Below are positions 8,140-18,321 of a DNA stretch of 64,000 nt, one piece after another. Below the pieces are notes generated by a model. That model was not told where the DNA came from, did not search any database, and worked only from the letters and a program-made list of their open reading frames with translations. Positions within the stretch are counted from its first letter, which is position 1; every line of letters begins with the position of its first letter. The DNA comes from Polaromonas sp. (GTDB taxonomy: Bacteria; Pseudomonadota; Gammaproteobacteria; Burkholderiales; Burkholderiaceae_C): positions 62,530-126,529 of the forward strand of contig NZ_JACPOF010000029.1 in the NCBI RefSeq assembly GCF_016185115.1. The letters run 5' to 3'. The translations under genes were made by a program, and so were the position numbers.

Positions 8140-10536
8140 TCATCGGCGCGGCTTTTTGCCCTGCTTTCGGCTGGCCTTGCCCGAAGCCTTTTTGACCGCG
8201 GCTTTCAGCGCCTGGATCGGCGAAGGCGGCGAATGACTGCTGCCTTTTGCGCTACGCCTGGACGAACCGGGTGCATTGCCTTCGCGTCCAGCACCGCGTG
8301 ACTCCGAACGCGACTCAGAGCGCTTTGGCACGCCCTTGCCTTGCGACTTGCCTTCGCTTCGGGACGCACCACGCTCCCGGGCCGGCAGTTCCAACGCATG
8401 GCCACCGGTTTTGTCCTTCATCGCACGGCCCAGCAACTCCTCGCCCTCATTGATCAGGCGGAAATCGATCTTGCGGCCATCGAGGTCCACGCGGCTGACC
8501 TGCACCCGCACGCGCGTGCCGATGGCGTAGCGGATGCCGGTACGCTCGCCGCGCAGTTCCTGGCGTGCTTCGTCAAACCGGAAGTATTCGCCGCCAAGCT
8601 CGGTGATGTGCACCAGCCCCTCGACATACATGGCGTCCAGCGTGACAAATATGCCGAAGCCGGTGGCTGCCGTGACGACGCCGCCGAACTCCTCACCGAG
8701 ATGCTCGCGCATGTACTTGCACTTGAGCCAGGCTTCCACATCGCGGCTGGCTTCGTCGGCGCGGCGCTCGTTCGCGCTGCAGTGCAGGCCCGCCGCTTGC
8801 CAGGCCAGTTCGTCAGCACTGATCTTTTTCGGCTTCTGATCCGGCTCTTTCACGCGCGACGCCAGACGTTTGGACAACTTGGCTTCTGCCTCTCCCGGTG
8901 TCGGAAGAACCGGTAACTGGTACCTGGACTTGGTCAGCACGGCCTTTATGACGCGATGTACCAGCAAATCGGGGTAGCGCCGGATCGGGCTGGTGAAGTG
9001 AGTGTAGGCCTCATAGGCCAGACCGAAGTGGCCGCTGTTGATGGGCGTGTAAATGGCCTGCTGCATGGATCGCAGCAGCATGGAGTGAATCTGCATCGCG
9101 TCCGGCCTGTCCTTGGTGGCCATGGCAATCTGCTGGAACTCGCCCGGCTTGGGGTCATCCGTGATCGTCATGCCCAGGCCAAGCGCTTTCAGGTAGTTGC
9201 GCAGCATGTCTTTCTTCTCTGGCGTCGGACCTTCGTGCACCCGGAACAGGCCCACGTGCTTGCTGTCGGCAATAAAGTCGGCAGAGCAGACGTTGGCGGC
9301 CAGCATGGCTTCTTCAATGATGCGGTGCGCCACGTTGCGGGTGCGCGGCACGATTTTCTCGATGCGCCCCGCTTCGTCACAGACGATCTGGGTTTCTGTG
9401 GTTTCAAAGTCCACGGCACCACGCACGCCGCGCTGCTTGAGCAGCGCCTGATACACATCATGCAGGTCGAGCAGGTGCGGCACCAGCGCCTTGCGCTGCG
9501 CGGCTTCGGGGCCACGCGTGTTGGCGAGAATGGCCGCGACCTCGGTATACGTGAACCGGGCGTGACTGAACATCACGGCCGGGTAAAACTGATAGGCGTG
9601 AACTTCCCCTTTCGCATTGACCAGCATGTCGCAAACCATGCACAGGCGCTCGACATTCGGGTTCAGCGAGCACAGGCCGTTGGACAGCTTTTCGGGCAGC
9701 ATGGGGATCACGCGGCGCGGAAAGTACACGCTGGTGGCACGGTCATAAGCATCTATGTCAATGGCGCTGCCGGTTTCAACATAGTGGCTGACATCGGCAA
9801 TTGCCACGAGAAGGCGCCAGCCCTTGCCGCGGCCGACCTTGGCTGGTTCGCAGTACACGGCATCGTCAAAGTCGCGTGCGTCTTCACCATCTATGGTGAC
9901 CAGCGCCACGTCGGTCAGGTCGATGCGGCCTTTTTTGTCCGCGGGGCGCACGGCATCCGGAAGGGTTCGGGCCAGCGCCAGGGCGCCATCGCTGAACTCA
10001 TGCGGCACGCCGTATTTGCGCACGGCAATTTCAATCTCCATGCCGGGGTCGTCAATCTCTCCCAGCACTTCCTTGACGCGACCTACCGGCTGACCAAACA
10101 GGGCCGGCGGTTCGGTCAGTTGCACGACCACGACCTGGCCCGCCTTGGCAGTGCCGGTCGCGCCCTTGGGAATCAGCACGTCCTGTCCGTAGCGCTTGTC
10201 TTCAGGTGCGACCAGCCAGACGCCGCTTTCCTGCAGCAGGCGGCCAATGATGGGGTTGGGGGAGCGCTCGATGATTTCCGTGACGCGGCCTTCGGGCCGG
10301 TTTTTGCGGTCATGGCGCACGATACGGGCCTTGACCCGGTCCTTGTGCAGGACGGCGCGCATTTCGTTCGGGGGCAGGTAAATGTCCGCCTCGCCGTCGT
10401 CGCGCTGTACAAAGCCATGGCCATCACGGTGGCCGGAAACGGTGCCCTCGAATTCAGCGAGGAGGCCGGCAGATGTGCCGGCATTTTGATGAACTGTTTT
10501 GATAAAAAACTCTTTTTTCTTTAATGAAAACTGCAT
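8140..10536 (-). CDS. rnr: ribonuclease R
   Basis: 798 aa with cold-shock/OB N-terminus, RNB domain, S1 domain and a Lys/Arg/Ser-rich C-terminal tail. Confidence 0.95.
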   Translation of the reverse strand: MQFSLKKKEFFIKTVHQNAGTSAGLLAEFEGTVSGHRDGHGFVQRDDGEADIYLPPNEMRAVLHKDRVKARIVRHDRKNRPEGRVTEIIERSPNPIIGRLLQESGVWLVAPEDKRYGQDVLIPKGATGTAKAGQVVVVQLTEPPALFGQPVGRVKEVLGEIDDPGMEIEIAVRKYGVPHEFSDGALALARTLPDAVRPADKKGRIDLTDVALVTIDGEDARDFDDAVYCEPAKVGRGKGWRLLVAIADVSHYVETGSAIDIDAYDRATSVYFPRRVIPMLPEKLSNGLCSLNPNVERLCMVCDMLVNAKGEVHAYQFYPAVMFSHARFTYTEVAAILANTRGPEAAQRKALVPHLLDLHDVYQALLKQRGVRGAVDFETTETQIVCDEAGRIEKIVPRTRNVAHRIIEEAMLAANVCSADFIADSKHVGLFRVHEGPTPEKKDMLRNYLKALGLGMTITDDPKPGEFQQIAMATKDRPDAMQIHSMLLRSMQQAIYTPINSGHFGLAYEAYTHFTSPIRRYPDLLVHRVIKAVLTKSRYQLPVLPTPGEAEAKLSKRLASRVKEPDQKPKKISADELAWQAAGLHCSANERRADEASRDVEAWLKCKYMREHLGEEFGGVVTAATGFGIFVTLDAMYVEGLVHITELGGEYFRFDEARQELRGERTGIRYAIGTRVRVQVSRVDLDGRKIDFRLINEGEELLGRAMKDKTGGHALELPARERGASRSEGKSQGKGVPKRSESRSESRGAGREGNAPGSSRRSAKGSSHSPPSPIQALKAAVKKASGKASRKQGKKPRR

Positions 10537-10607
10537 CAGTATGCAGTCGAAATATTTCAGGTCTCCGGCCGCGAAAAACCATCAGATAATGGTACACTGC
10601 TAGCTGT

Positions 10608-10692
10608 GCCCGGGTGGCGGAATTGGTAGACGCGCACGGTTCAGGTCCGTGTATCGCAAGATGTGGAGATTCGAGTTCTCTCCCGGGCACCA
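10608..10692 (+). tRNA. tRNA-Leu (anticodon CAG)
   Basis: Hand-folded cloverleaf. Acceptor stem GCCCGGG/CCCGGGC, anticodon stem CACGG/CCGTG with loop TTCAGGT, long variable arm, T-loop TTCGAGT, and an encoded CCA. Confidence 0.93.
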
Positions 10693-10735
10693 AAATTACC
10701 TGGAGTTCCAGCAACCAGACTGGAACTCAAAACTA

Positions 10736-10760
10736 AAAGCCACTGCAAAGTGGCTTTTTT
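10736..10760. terminator. bidirectional intrinsic terminator (GCCACTGCAAAGTGGC flanked by A-run and T-run)
   Basis: Stem GCCAC/GTGGC followed by TTTTTT on the + strand and by A-run complement on the - strand. It is preceded by a second 9-bp-stem hairpin at 10703-10728. Lies between tRNA-Leu (+) and the rimO (-) 3' end. Confidence 0.6.
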
Positions 10761-10780
10761 GTTGCCTGTCGTTTTTGCGA

Positions 10781-12190
10781 TCAGAAAGGCTGCGCCACCA
10801 GATCGTGGCCTTGAACGCCGACGATTCTTGCCTTGGTAAATTCGCCAACCTTGAGCGTCTTGCTGATTTTTTCGGGCGGCAGCAATCTGACCACGCCATC
10901 AATCTCGGGTGCATCGGCATAAGAACGGCCGATACCGCCCTTGCGGCCCAGGGCCGGCGCGGAATCAACCAGCACCTGCATGGTCGCCCCCAGGCGCTGC
11001 TGCAGTTTGCGGCTTGACACAGCCTCGGCCACTGCCATAAAGCGCGCCCTGCGCTCTTCACGCAACTCGATGGGCAGCATGCCGGGAATGTCATTGGCCG
11101 TTGCGCCTTCGACAGCGCTGTAGGCAAAACAACCGGCCCTGTCGATATGGGCTTCCTGCATGAAGTCCAGCAGGTGCTGGAATTCCTCTTCGGTTTCCCC
11201 CGGAAAGCCGGCGATAAACGTGCTGCGAATGACCAGCTCCGGGCAGATTTCGCGCCAGCGCGCAATGCGTTCCAGATTTCTCTCGCCACTGGCGGGCCGC
11301 TTCATGCGCTTGAGCACATCGGGATGGCTGTGCTGCAGGGGCACATCCAGGTAAGGAAGAACCTTGCCCGTAGCCATCAGCGGCAAAATTTCATCGACGC
11401 TGGGATACGGGTACACATAGTGCAACCGCACCCATGCGCCATAAGGCTCGGCAATTTCGCCAAGCGCCTGCACCAGTTCCAGCATGCGGGTCTTGACCGG
11501 TTTGCCGTCCCAGAAACCGGTGCGGTATTTGACGTCAACACCATACGCCGAGGTGTCTTGGCTGATGACCAGGAGTTCTTTCACGCCGCCTTCAAACAGC
11601 GCGCGCGCCTCATTCAGCACATCGCCAATCGGCCGCGACACCAGGTCGCCGCGCATGGACGGGATGATGCAGAACGTGCAGCGATGATTGCAGCCTTCGC
11701 TGATTTTCAGGTAGGCGTAATGTTTGGGCGTGAGCTTGATGCCGGCAATGCCAAACGAATTGGGCACCAGGTCAACGAAGGGGTCATGCGGCTTGGGCAG
11801 GTTCAGGTGCACCGCGTCCATGACCTCCTGCGTGGCATGCGGGCCCGTGACGGCCAGAACACTGGGGTGCATCTGCCTGACCATATTGCCACCGCCCTCG
11901 CCTCCCTTGGCGCCAAGACAACCCGTGACGATGACGCGGCCGTTGGCGGCCAGTGCTTCGCCAATGGTGTCCAGGCTTTCCTTGACCGCATCGTCGATAA
12001 ACCCGCAAGTATTGACGATGACCAGGTCAGCGCCCTCAAAGGTTTTGGAGGTCTGGTAACCCTCTGCACTCAACTGCGTGAGGATCAGTTCGGAATCGGT
12101 CAGCGCCTTGGGGCAACCCAGGCTCACAAAACCCACGCGTGGCGCGGACTTGCTGGCAGTTTGTATCGGTGGGGAAAGGACGTCGCTCAT
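10781..12190 (-). CDS. rimO: ribosomal protein S12 methylthiotransferase
   Basis: [23 protein letters not shown]-terminus, radical-SAM CNHRCTFC motif and a TRAM-like C-terminus. Confidence 0.92.
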   Translation of the reverse strand: MSDVLSPPIQTASKSAPRVGFVSLGCPKALTDSELILTQLSAEGYQTSKTFEGADLVIVNTCGFIDDAVKESLDTIGEALAANGRVIVTGCLGAKGGEGGGNMVRQMHPSVLAVTGPHATQEVMDAVHLNLPKPHDPFVDLVPNSFGIAGIKLTPKHYAYLKISEGCNHRCTFCIIPSMRGDLVSRPIGDVLNEARALFEGGVKELLVISQDTSAYGVDVKYRTGFWDGKPVKTRMLELVQALGEIAEPYGAWVRLHYVYPYPSVDEILPLMATGKVLPYLDVPLQHSHPDVLKRMKRPASGERNLERIARWREICPELVIRSTFIAGFPGETEEEFQHLLDFMQEAHIDRAGCFAYSAVEGATANDIPGMLPIELREERRARFMAVAEAVSSRKLQQRLGATMQVLVDSAPALGRKGGIGRSYADAPEIDGVVRLLPPEKISKTLKVGEFTKARIVGVQGHDLVAQPF

Positions 12191-12229
12191 GGCTCTATTG
12201 TCTCAGAGCCCCAAAAATCAGGGCTTGGT

Positions 12230-12886
12230 TCAGCGTTTCAACCCTAAAGCGGCCAGCATCTGCTCACTTTGCTTTTGCATCTGCTCCTGCATCTGCGTGA
12301 AAACAGTCTTGGACTGCTCGACATAAGTGCCCATCATGCCCTGCATCATGGGCGACTGGGCATTCATGAACTGCGCCCATTTTTCCGGGCTCAGGGTTTT
12401 GGATTGTTCGGCCATCTTGACCTGCAGGTCCATGAAACTCTGGACATTTTTCTCAAGGTAAGCGCCCATGAAACCCTGCATGGCATTGCCGTAAAAACGG
12501 ATGATGTTGGCAAGCACAGGCTCGGTAAACATGGGCGCGCCGCCGGACTCTTCTTCAAGAATGATCTGCAACAGGATGGCGCGGGTCAGGTCTTCGTTGG
12601 TCTTGGCGTCACGCACCACAAAGTGCGCACTGTCCATGACCAGCTGGCGTACTTCGGTGAGCGTGATGTAGGTCGACGTTTCGGTGTCGTACAAACGGCG
12701 GTTCGGGTATTTTTTGATGACACGATTTTTAACGTCGGCTGCATCTTTGGTGCTGGACGGCGTGTCGACAGAATCTTCTGCAGGGGAATCCGTGGCAGGG
12801 GCTGCGCCTGCTTTGGCGCGGGTGGACTTGGCTTTTGGCACGGAGAACTCCTCTGGAATAACCGGCATGCAGGACACTGCACGCAT
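12230..12886 (-). CDS. phaR: polyhydroxyalkanoate synthesis repressor
   Basis: IKKYPNRRLYDTETSTYITLTEVRQLVMD motif. The start is ambiguous. The GTG at 12839-12841 is preceded by GAGGAG and may be the true start; the ATGs at 12886 and 12868 lack a Shine-Dalgarno sequence. Confidence 0.88.
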   Translation of the reverse strand: MRAVSCMPVIPEEFSVPKAKSTRAKAGAAPATDSPAEDSVDTPSSTKDAADVKNRVIKKYPNRRLYDTETSTYITLTEVRQLVMDSAHFVVRDAKTNEDLTRAILLQIILEEESGGAPMFTEPVLANIIRFYGNAMQGFMGAYLEKNVQSFMDLQVKMAEQSKTLSPEKWAQFMNAQSPMMQGMMGTYVEQSKTVFTQMQEQMQKQSEQMLAALGLKR

Positions 12887-13007
12887 TAACTGCTGCTCAA
12901 GACATTCTAGGAAGTAAGGATAGTCGCAATCCCCTTGGTTTACCCTGTGAGTTCAGTCCTGCACACAAAATGTGCAGGCTGAATCGGGGAAAACGATCTA
13001 GGGAAAT

Positions 13008-13084
13008 TGGTAGGCGCGATTGGACTCGAACCAACGACCCCCACCATGTCAAGGTGGTGCTCTAACCAGCTGAGCTACGCGCCT
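13008..13084 (-). tRNA. tRNA-Val (anticodon GAC)
   Basis: The reverse complement reads AGGCGCG TA GCTC AGCTGGTTA GAGC A CCACC TTGACAT GGTGG GGGTC GTTGG TTCGAGT CCAAT CGCGCCT A CCA. Confidence 0.93.
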
Positions 13085-13106
13085 GAAAGTCTGTTCGACA
13101 ACTAGC

Positions 13107-13112
13107 ATTATA
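13107..13112 (-). promoter_or_regulatory. candidate -10 box (TATAAT) for tRNA-Val
   Basis: Perfect TATAAT on the - strand, 23 nt upstream of the tRNA 5' end. No convincing -35 element found. Confidence 0.3.
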
Positions 13113-13268
13113 GCATTGGATTGATCCTCTTTCGGGAAGGCAGCGACAAAGCTGGCCCGCACCCCGCTAAACCCCGGGGAATGTTGCCCTTGCGCTCCAT
13201 CGCTCATCACGTCTATCTGCAGCAGATCCGCGTGGCAACAGGTGGGGCCACCGCACGCAGCAAAATAT

Positions 13269-13670
13269 TCAGGTGGTGTAGTCGCCGCTGGCTTCTGGCT
13301 GAAAAAGGATGGCCGTAACCCTTGCAGAGCACGCATCCCCCTTTGGCGATTTCCAGCTTGCGACGGATCCCACGCGCAAGCCCAGCAGGCTGGCGCCGAC
13401 CGGGGAGAGCACTGAAATAAAACCCGCCGCCGGTTCGGCATCGGCCGGATAACAAAGCACCAGCTTCTGGCGGACACCGGAGCCTGAATCCTCGATCTCC
13501 ACTTGCGAGTACATGGACACCCGGTCAGCTTGAATATCCCGCGGCGCAACCAGCTCTGCAAGTTCAATGCGGTCGGAAATTTCAGGGGGCATATCGCCCC
13601 CGCCAAGTTTTTTCAGGCGGACGAAGTCCAGCTCGGTGATCGTTCGATCAGTGGTCGCCATTGAATACAT
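13269..13670 (-). CDS. rnk: nucleoside diphosphate kinase regulator (GreA/GreB C-terminal domain family)
   Basis: ISVLSPVGASLLGLRVG and the C-terminal QPEASGDY match Rnk. About 133 aa. Confidence 0.8.
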   Translation of the reverse strand: MYSMATTDRTITELDFVRLKKLGGGDMPPEISDRIELAELVAPRDIQADRVSMYSQVEIEDSGSGVRQKLVLCYPADAEPAAGFISVLSPVGASLLGLRVGSVASWKSPKGDACSARVTAILFQPEASGDYTT

Positions 13671-13982
13671 GTGTCAATCTCCAACAGGGCGTGCCTCCGC
13701 ACAGCGCGGCGCTCGCTATCGCGCAGGCTTTGGGCCCGGCGATAAATGGATTGCGCAAAAAAGAGGGGTGGGTATCGCCGGGCTCAGGAATGTGCTGCCG
13801 GCAGGCGCAGCAGCACATCGCAGGCGCGTCGCGCGGGACGCGACAGACCAGGCGGCGAGGCATGGAAGTGTGGTGAGCAAAGACTCATGCGAATGATTTT
13901 AGGGAAATATCCCGTTCGTACAAGCAAGCCCCTACAGGTCTTGCCAGATATGCCGTAACTATTCCCAAAAATGTAGCTGGCT

Positions 13983-16250
13983 TTAGCGTCGCCTTGCTGA
14001 TCGCACACCCGGCACTTCAGCCACCACACCCAGAACCTGCTTGAGCCGACCGGACTGCGCAACCTCAACCGTAAACGTCATCCAGGCGGTGCCGCCGCGG
14101 TTATCTTTCACCGACTGCGTCTGCACGCCGATGACATTCATTTTTTCTTTGGCGAATACTTCTGAAATGTCGCGCAGCAAACCCTGGCGGTCTGACGCTT
14201 CAATCGATACATCGACGGGGTACACCGCGCCATCGGCAGACTTGGGCGCATTCCACTCCACCTCGATCACGCGATCGGGGCTGCCCGATGCCATGTTGCG
14301 AAAGTTGCTGCAGTCGCTGCGGTGAATGCTCACGCCCTTGCCTTTGGTGACAAAACCCAGGATCTCGTCAGGCGGCGCGGGCTTGCAGCACTTCGCAAGC
14401 TGGGTGAGCAGCGAGCCCATGCCGACCACCAGCACACCGCCGTTGCCCTTGGCGTTCTGGCTGGGTGCTCGTGCCTTCTTTGCAAGTACATAGTCGTCCT
14501 GCGTGAGCACGGGCTCCGGCGGCCTGAGCATGTTTTCAATCGTGCGAAGCGAAAGTTCATCCTTGCCGACGACCTCAAACAAATCGTCTGCCGCCTTGAA
14601 ACCCAGCTGCACCGCCAGGTCGTCGAGCTTCATCGACGTTTTGCCCTCACGCTGCAGCAGTTTTTCAACGGCTTCACGGCCACGTGCGACGGTCTGCGCC
14701 ATGTCCAGCGCGTTAAACCAGGCGCGCACTTTGGACTTGGCGCGGTGGCTGGTCAAAAACCCAAGCTCGGGATTCAGCCAGTCGCGCGAAGGCCCGCCAT
14801 CCTTGATGGTGATGATCTCCACCGTCTGGCCATTTTGCAGCGGCGTGTTGAGCGGCACCATCGCGCCGTCAATACGCGCACCGCGGCAGCGGTGGCCGAC
14901 GTTGGTGTGCACGCTGTAGGCGAAGTCCACAGCGGTTGCGCCCTGCGGCAATTCGACAATCGCGGCATCCGGTGTCAGCACATAGATGCGGTCTTCAAAC
15001 AGGCCCTTGTTGGCCTCGCGTGCCTTCGCGGCGGCAGGCCCTGAAAGATCACGCTCCCAGGCCAGCAACTGCCGCAGCACCGCAATCTTGGCATCGTATT
15101 CACTGCTGGCCGACACACCCGCATAACCCTTGTTGCCCGCCTCTTTATAAGCCCAGTGCGCGGCCACGCCGTGCTCGGCATGGTCATGCATGGCCTGGGT
15201 GCGGATCTGGATTTCAATCGCCCTGCCCGCTTCATCGCGCACCACGGTGTGCAGCGACTGGTAACCGTTTGACTTGGGCTTGGCGATGTAGTCGTCGAAC
15301 TCACCCAGCACCGGCGTGAAGCGCGAATGCACAAAGCCCAGCGCGGCATAACAGCCCTTGATGTCAGCGGCAATCACGCGCAATGCACGGATGTCAAATA
15401 CCTGGTCAAAGTCAAGCGACTTGCCGCGCATCTTCTTGACAATGCTGTAGATATGTTTGGGCCGGCCATAGACCAGCGCGGCGATGCCGTCCTTGTTGAG
15501 TTCGCGCTCAAGCTGGCTGCGCAGTGACTCCATGAACTGCTCGCGCTCAAGCCGCTTTTCATCAAGCAGGCGTGCGGTGTTTTTATAGGTCTCAGGCTCA
15601 AGAAAACGGAAGGCCAGGTCTTCCATCTCCCATTTCAGTTGCCAGATACCCAGGCGGCTGGCCAGTGGCGCAAACACGTGCAGCGACTCATAGGCCAGCG
15701 CAGCCGGCGCGGCCTGCCGGGTGGCAGCGTAATGCCTCAGGGTCTGCAGGCGTGATGCCAGGCGCAGCAGCACCACACGCAGGTCGCGTGAGAAAGCCAG
15801 CAGCATCTTGCGCACGTTTTCGGTCTGCACGGCCTGCACTTCCGGCTCGTGGGTGCCGGGAACAGCCGCACGCGCCTGCCGCTGCACATTGACCAGCTTG
15901 GTTGTTTCAACGGCCAGCGCTGCATAGTTCGCGCCAAAAGCCTTGGTGATGGATTCCAGCGGCCTGGCCAGGTGCTCGCACGAATGCACAAGGTAGATGG
16001 CTGCCTGCAGGGCCTCGGTACGGCCTATGGCCTTGAGGATGGCTGCAACAGCGTCGGCATGCGCGAGGATGTTTTCGCCGGTATCAAAGTGTTCGCCGGC
16101 AATCAGCGGTTCGGCAAAGGCGCGTGCCCGGGCCAGGGCATCGGGCTGGTCTGGCACTGCACCGGCCGTGGCAATGGCGATGGATGTCGGTACGTCGTCG
16201 GGATGTACAAAATCTTTGGGGCCGCCTGGCCCCTGCGCGTTGCTTTTCAT
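13983..16250 (-). CDS. relA: RelA/SpoT-family (p)ppGpp synthetase, RelA-type
   Basis: 755 aa with a synthetase domain (YQSLHTVV, RTQAMH), a TGS domain and an ACT domain. The N-terminal HD region lacks the canonical HD hydrolase residues, which points to RelA rather than SpoT. Confidence 0.88.
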   Translation of the reverse strand: MKSNAQGPGGPKDFVHPDDVPTSIAIATAGAVPDQPDALARARAFAEPLIAGEHFDTGENILAHADAVAAILKAIGRTEALQAAIYLVHSCEHLARPLESITKAFGANYAALAVETTKLVNVQRQARAAVPGTHEPEVQAVQTENVRKMLLAFSRDLRVVLLRLASRLQTLRHYAATRQAAPAALAYESLHVFAPLASRLGIWQLKWEMEDLAFRFLEPETYKNTARLLDEKRLEREQFMESLRSQLERELNKDGIAALVYGRPKHIYSIVKKMRGKSLDFDQVFDIRALRVIAADIKGCYAALGFVHSRFTPVLGEFDDYIAKPKSNGYQSLHTVVRDEAGRAIEIQIRTQAMHDHAEHGVAAHWAYKEAGNKGYAGVSASSEYDAKIAVLRQLLAWERDLSGPAAAKAREANKGLFEDRIYVLTPDAAIVELPQGATAVDFAYSVHTNVGHRCRGARIDGAMVPLNTPLQNGQTVEIITIKDGGPSRDWLNPELGFLTSHRAKSKVRAWFNALDMAQTVARGREAVEKLLQREGKTSMKLDDLAVQLGFKAADDLFEVVGKDELSLRTIENMLRPPEPVLTQDDYVLAKKARAPSQNAKGNGGVLVVGMGSLLTQLAKCCKPAPPDEILGFVTKGKGVSIHRSDCSNFRNMASGSPDRVIEVEWNAPKSADGAVYPVDVSIEASDRQGLLRDISEVFAKEKMNVIGVQTQSVKDNRGGTAWMTFTVEVAQSGRLKQVLGVVAEVPGVRSARRR

Positions 16251-16288
16251 GAAAACCTGAGTGAGATATGAGCGCCTGTGTTCACGGT

Positions 16289-17257
16289 TCAGCTAAATAA
16301 AAAGCCCTTGACTGCCGCGACCTGGTCATCGGCAATCAGCGTGGGCGCGTGGCCCACGCCCGGGAACTCCACCAGCCTGGCATGCGGACCGCGTTCTGTC
16401 ATGGCCTTCGCCGTATCCGGGTTCAGCAGATCCGAATTGGCACCGCGTATCAGCAGGGTTTGCGCCTTGATGTTGTCGTAAAGCTGCCAGAGCGCGGCTG
16501 CACCCTGCTGCGTCGCCTCTTCGGTTGCCTGCCTGAAGGGTATGGCCATGGCCGGGTCGTAATGCAGACGGTATTTGCTGCCCGGCGCATCCGACACCGG
16601 CTTGACCATATGCTGCGACAGCGCCAGCCACTGCTCAGGGGTGTGCGGTCCGAAGCCGGTAGACACTGCCCACATCGCATCTGCCGCCGCCTGGACAGAT
16701 TCAAACTCGCCCGCCAGGCCCAGGTACTGGCCTATGCGCACCAGCGCCTGCCACTGGATGGCCGGGCCCACATCGTTCAGGACCAGCTTGCGCACTGGTA
16801 CCGGCAAAGGCAGCCCCGGCTGGCCGCAAAGAATGATGCCGATCAGCCCGCCCATGCTGGTGCCTACCCAGTCCAGCGTGGTGATGGGTGCCTGGCCGTG
16901 CACCTGGCCCAACATGGCCAGCATGTCGGCGGCATAGGCGGGCACCTGGTAGCCCATAGGGTCTTTCAGCCAGTCGCTGGCGCCACGGCCTGCCACGTCA
17001 GGGCAGATGATGCGGACACCGCCTTCGCGCTTTTCACCCTGGTCGCAGAGCGACTGCGCCAGCACGTCGAAATCCCGGCCCTGGCGCGACAGCCCGTGCG
17101 CGCAGACGATCACGTGGCCAGCATCGGGCTGCCCCCACTGCCAGTAAGCCATGCGGTGGCCGCCATTGGCATCAGGGCAATTGACGTAGTTCAGGCTGGG
17201 TTGGGTCATGGTCGGCTTGTCAGGAGTCGAAGGCTGATAATCAGATTGAAAATTCAT
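16289..17257 (-). CDS. alpha/beta-fold hydrolase
   Basis: GTSMGG nucleophile elbow. The start was taken at ATG 17257 (MNFQSDY...); the ORF track extends to 17323. Divergent from bdhA. Confidence 0.72.
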   Translation of the reverse strand: MNFQSDYQPSTPDKPTMTQPSLNYVNCPDANGGHRMAYWQWGQPDAGHVIVCAHGLSRQGRDFDVLAQSLCDQGEKREGGVRIICPDVAGRGASDWLKDPMGYQVPAYAADMLAMLGQVHGQAPITTLDWVGTSMGGLIGIILCGQPGLPLPVPVRKLVLNDVGPAIQWQALVRIGQYLGLAGEFESVQAAADAMWAVSTGFGPHTPEQWLALSQHMVKPVSDAPGSKYRLHYDPAMAIPFRQATEEATQQGAAALWQLYDNIKAQTLLIRGANSDLLNPDTAKAMTERGPHARLVEFPGVGHAPTLIADDQVAAVKGFLFS

Positions 17258-17325
17258 CGGAGTGGCAGGTTTTATGCTTGCCCTTTCCTCAGGCCAACCA
17301 TCGTAAATCATCCGGAGAAACATCC

Positions 17326-18105
<780 letters not shown>

Positions 18106-18175
18106 ATTTCACGCAATTTGTGCTATTAAATTAATAGCTGCTCACGTGCGTATTTAAAGGGCTAGAGGCGTAAAA
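18106..18175 (-). repeat. tail-only copy (inverted orientation) of the AT-rich intergenic repeat family
   Basis: The reverse complement reads ..CTAGCCCTTTAAATACGCACGTGAGCAGCTATTAATTTAATAGCACAAATTGCGTGAAA. This aligns with the 3' module of the copies at 31193, 44274, 54291 and 59915. Confidence 0.7.
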
Positions 18176-18188
18176 CATCCTAAAAAAA

Positions 18189-18219
18189 GGTCGCAAAACC
18201 GGGTTTTGCGGCCTTTTTG
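18189..18219. terminator. bidirectional intrinsic terminator
   Basis: AAAAAAAGGTCGCAAAACC-GGG-GTTTTGCGGCCTTTTT lies between convergent bdhA (+) and the aldehyde dehydrogenase (-). Confidence 0.6.
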
Positions 18220-18321
18220 CCGATTCAGCCAGCTCTGGAATGGTTGCCAGACAATTAATGCGTCATGTATAAATCATTAAGCACTTAAGGCATCTTTTAT
18301 GACACCTTATTTAAACCATCT

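Noticed and set aside
8956-10524. 522 aa ORF on the + strand. The same applies to other long ORFs antisense to real genes: 502-1386, 11147-12247, 16349-17425, 28320-29393, 29963-31144 and 43127-44035.
   Set aside because: They lie entirely opposite genes with strong family signatures (rnr, phaC, rimO and others). Their translations are Arg/Ala/Gly/His-rich low-complexity sequence, typical of shadow ORFs in GC-rich DNA. No motifs were recognised.
10520-10545. Palindrome CTGCAT-CAGT-ATGCAG spanning the rnr start codon, as a regulatory element.
   Set aside because: It is a short 6-bp stem overlapping the ATG. The sequence alone gives no support for a function, so it was not reported as a feature.
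13100-13125. ATAGCATT upstream of tRNA-Val as a sixth repeat-family copy.
   Set aside because: Only about 8 nt match, which could be chance. The same bases form the TATAAT -10 candidate.
13671-13982. Small ORFs in the rnk-relA spacer (13661-13876, 13746-13958, 13648-13863 and 13784-14068).
   Set aside because: They overlap one another in different frames, have Arg/Cys/Ala-rich odd composition, and have no Shine-Dalgarno sequences. The region was treated as non-coding promoter and spacer DNA.
13983-16250. Calling this gene spoT (bifunctional synthetase/hydrolase).
   Set aside because: The N-terminal region lacks the canonical HD hydrolase signature, and there is no adjacent rpoZ. RelA-type is the better-supported call.
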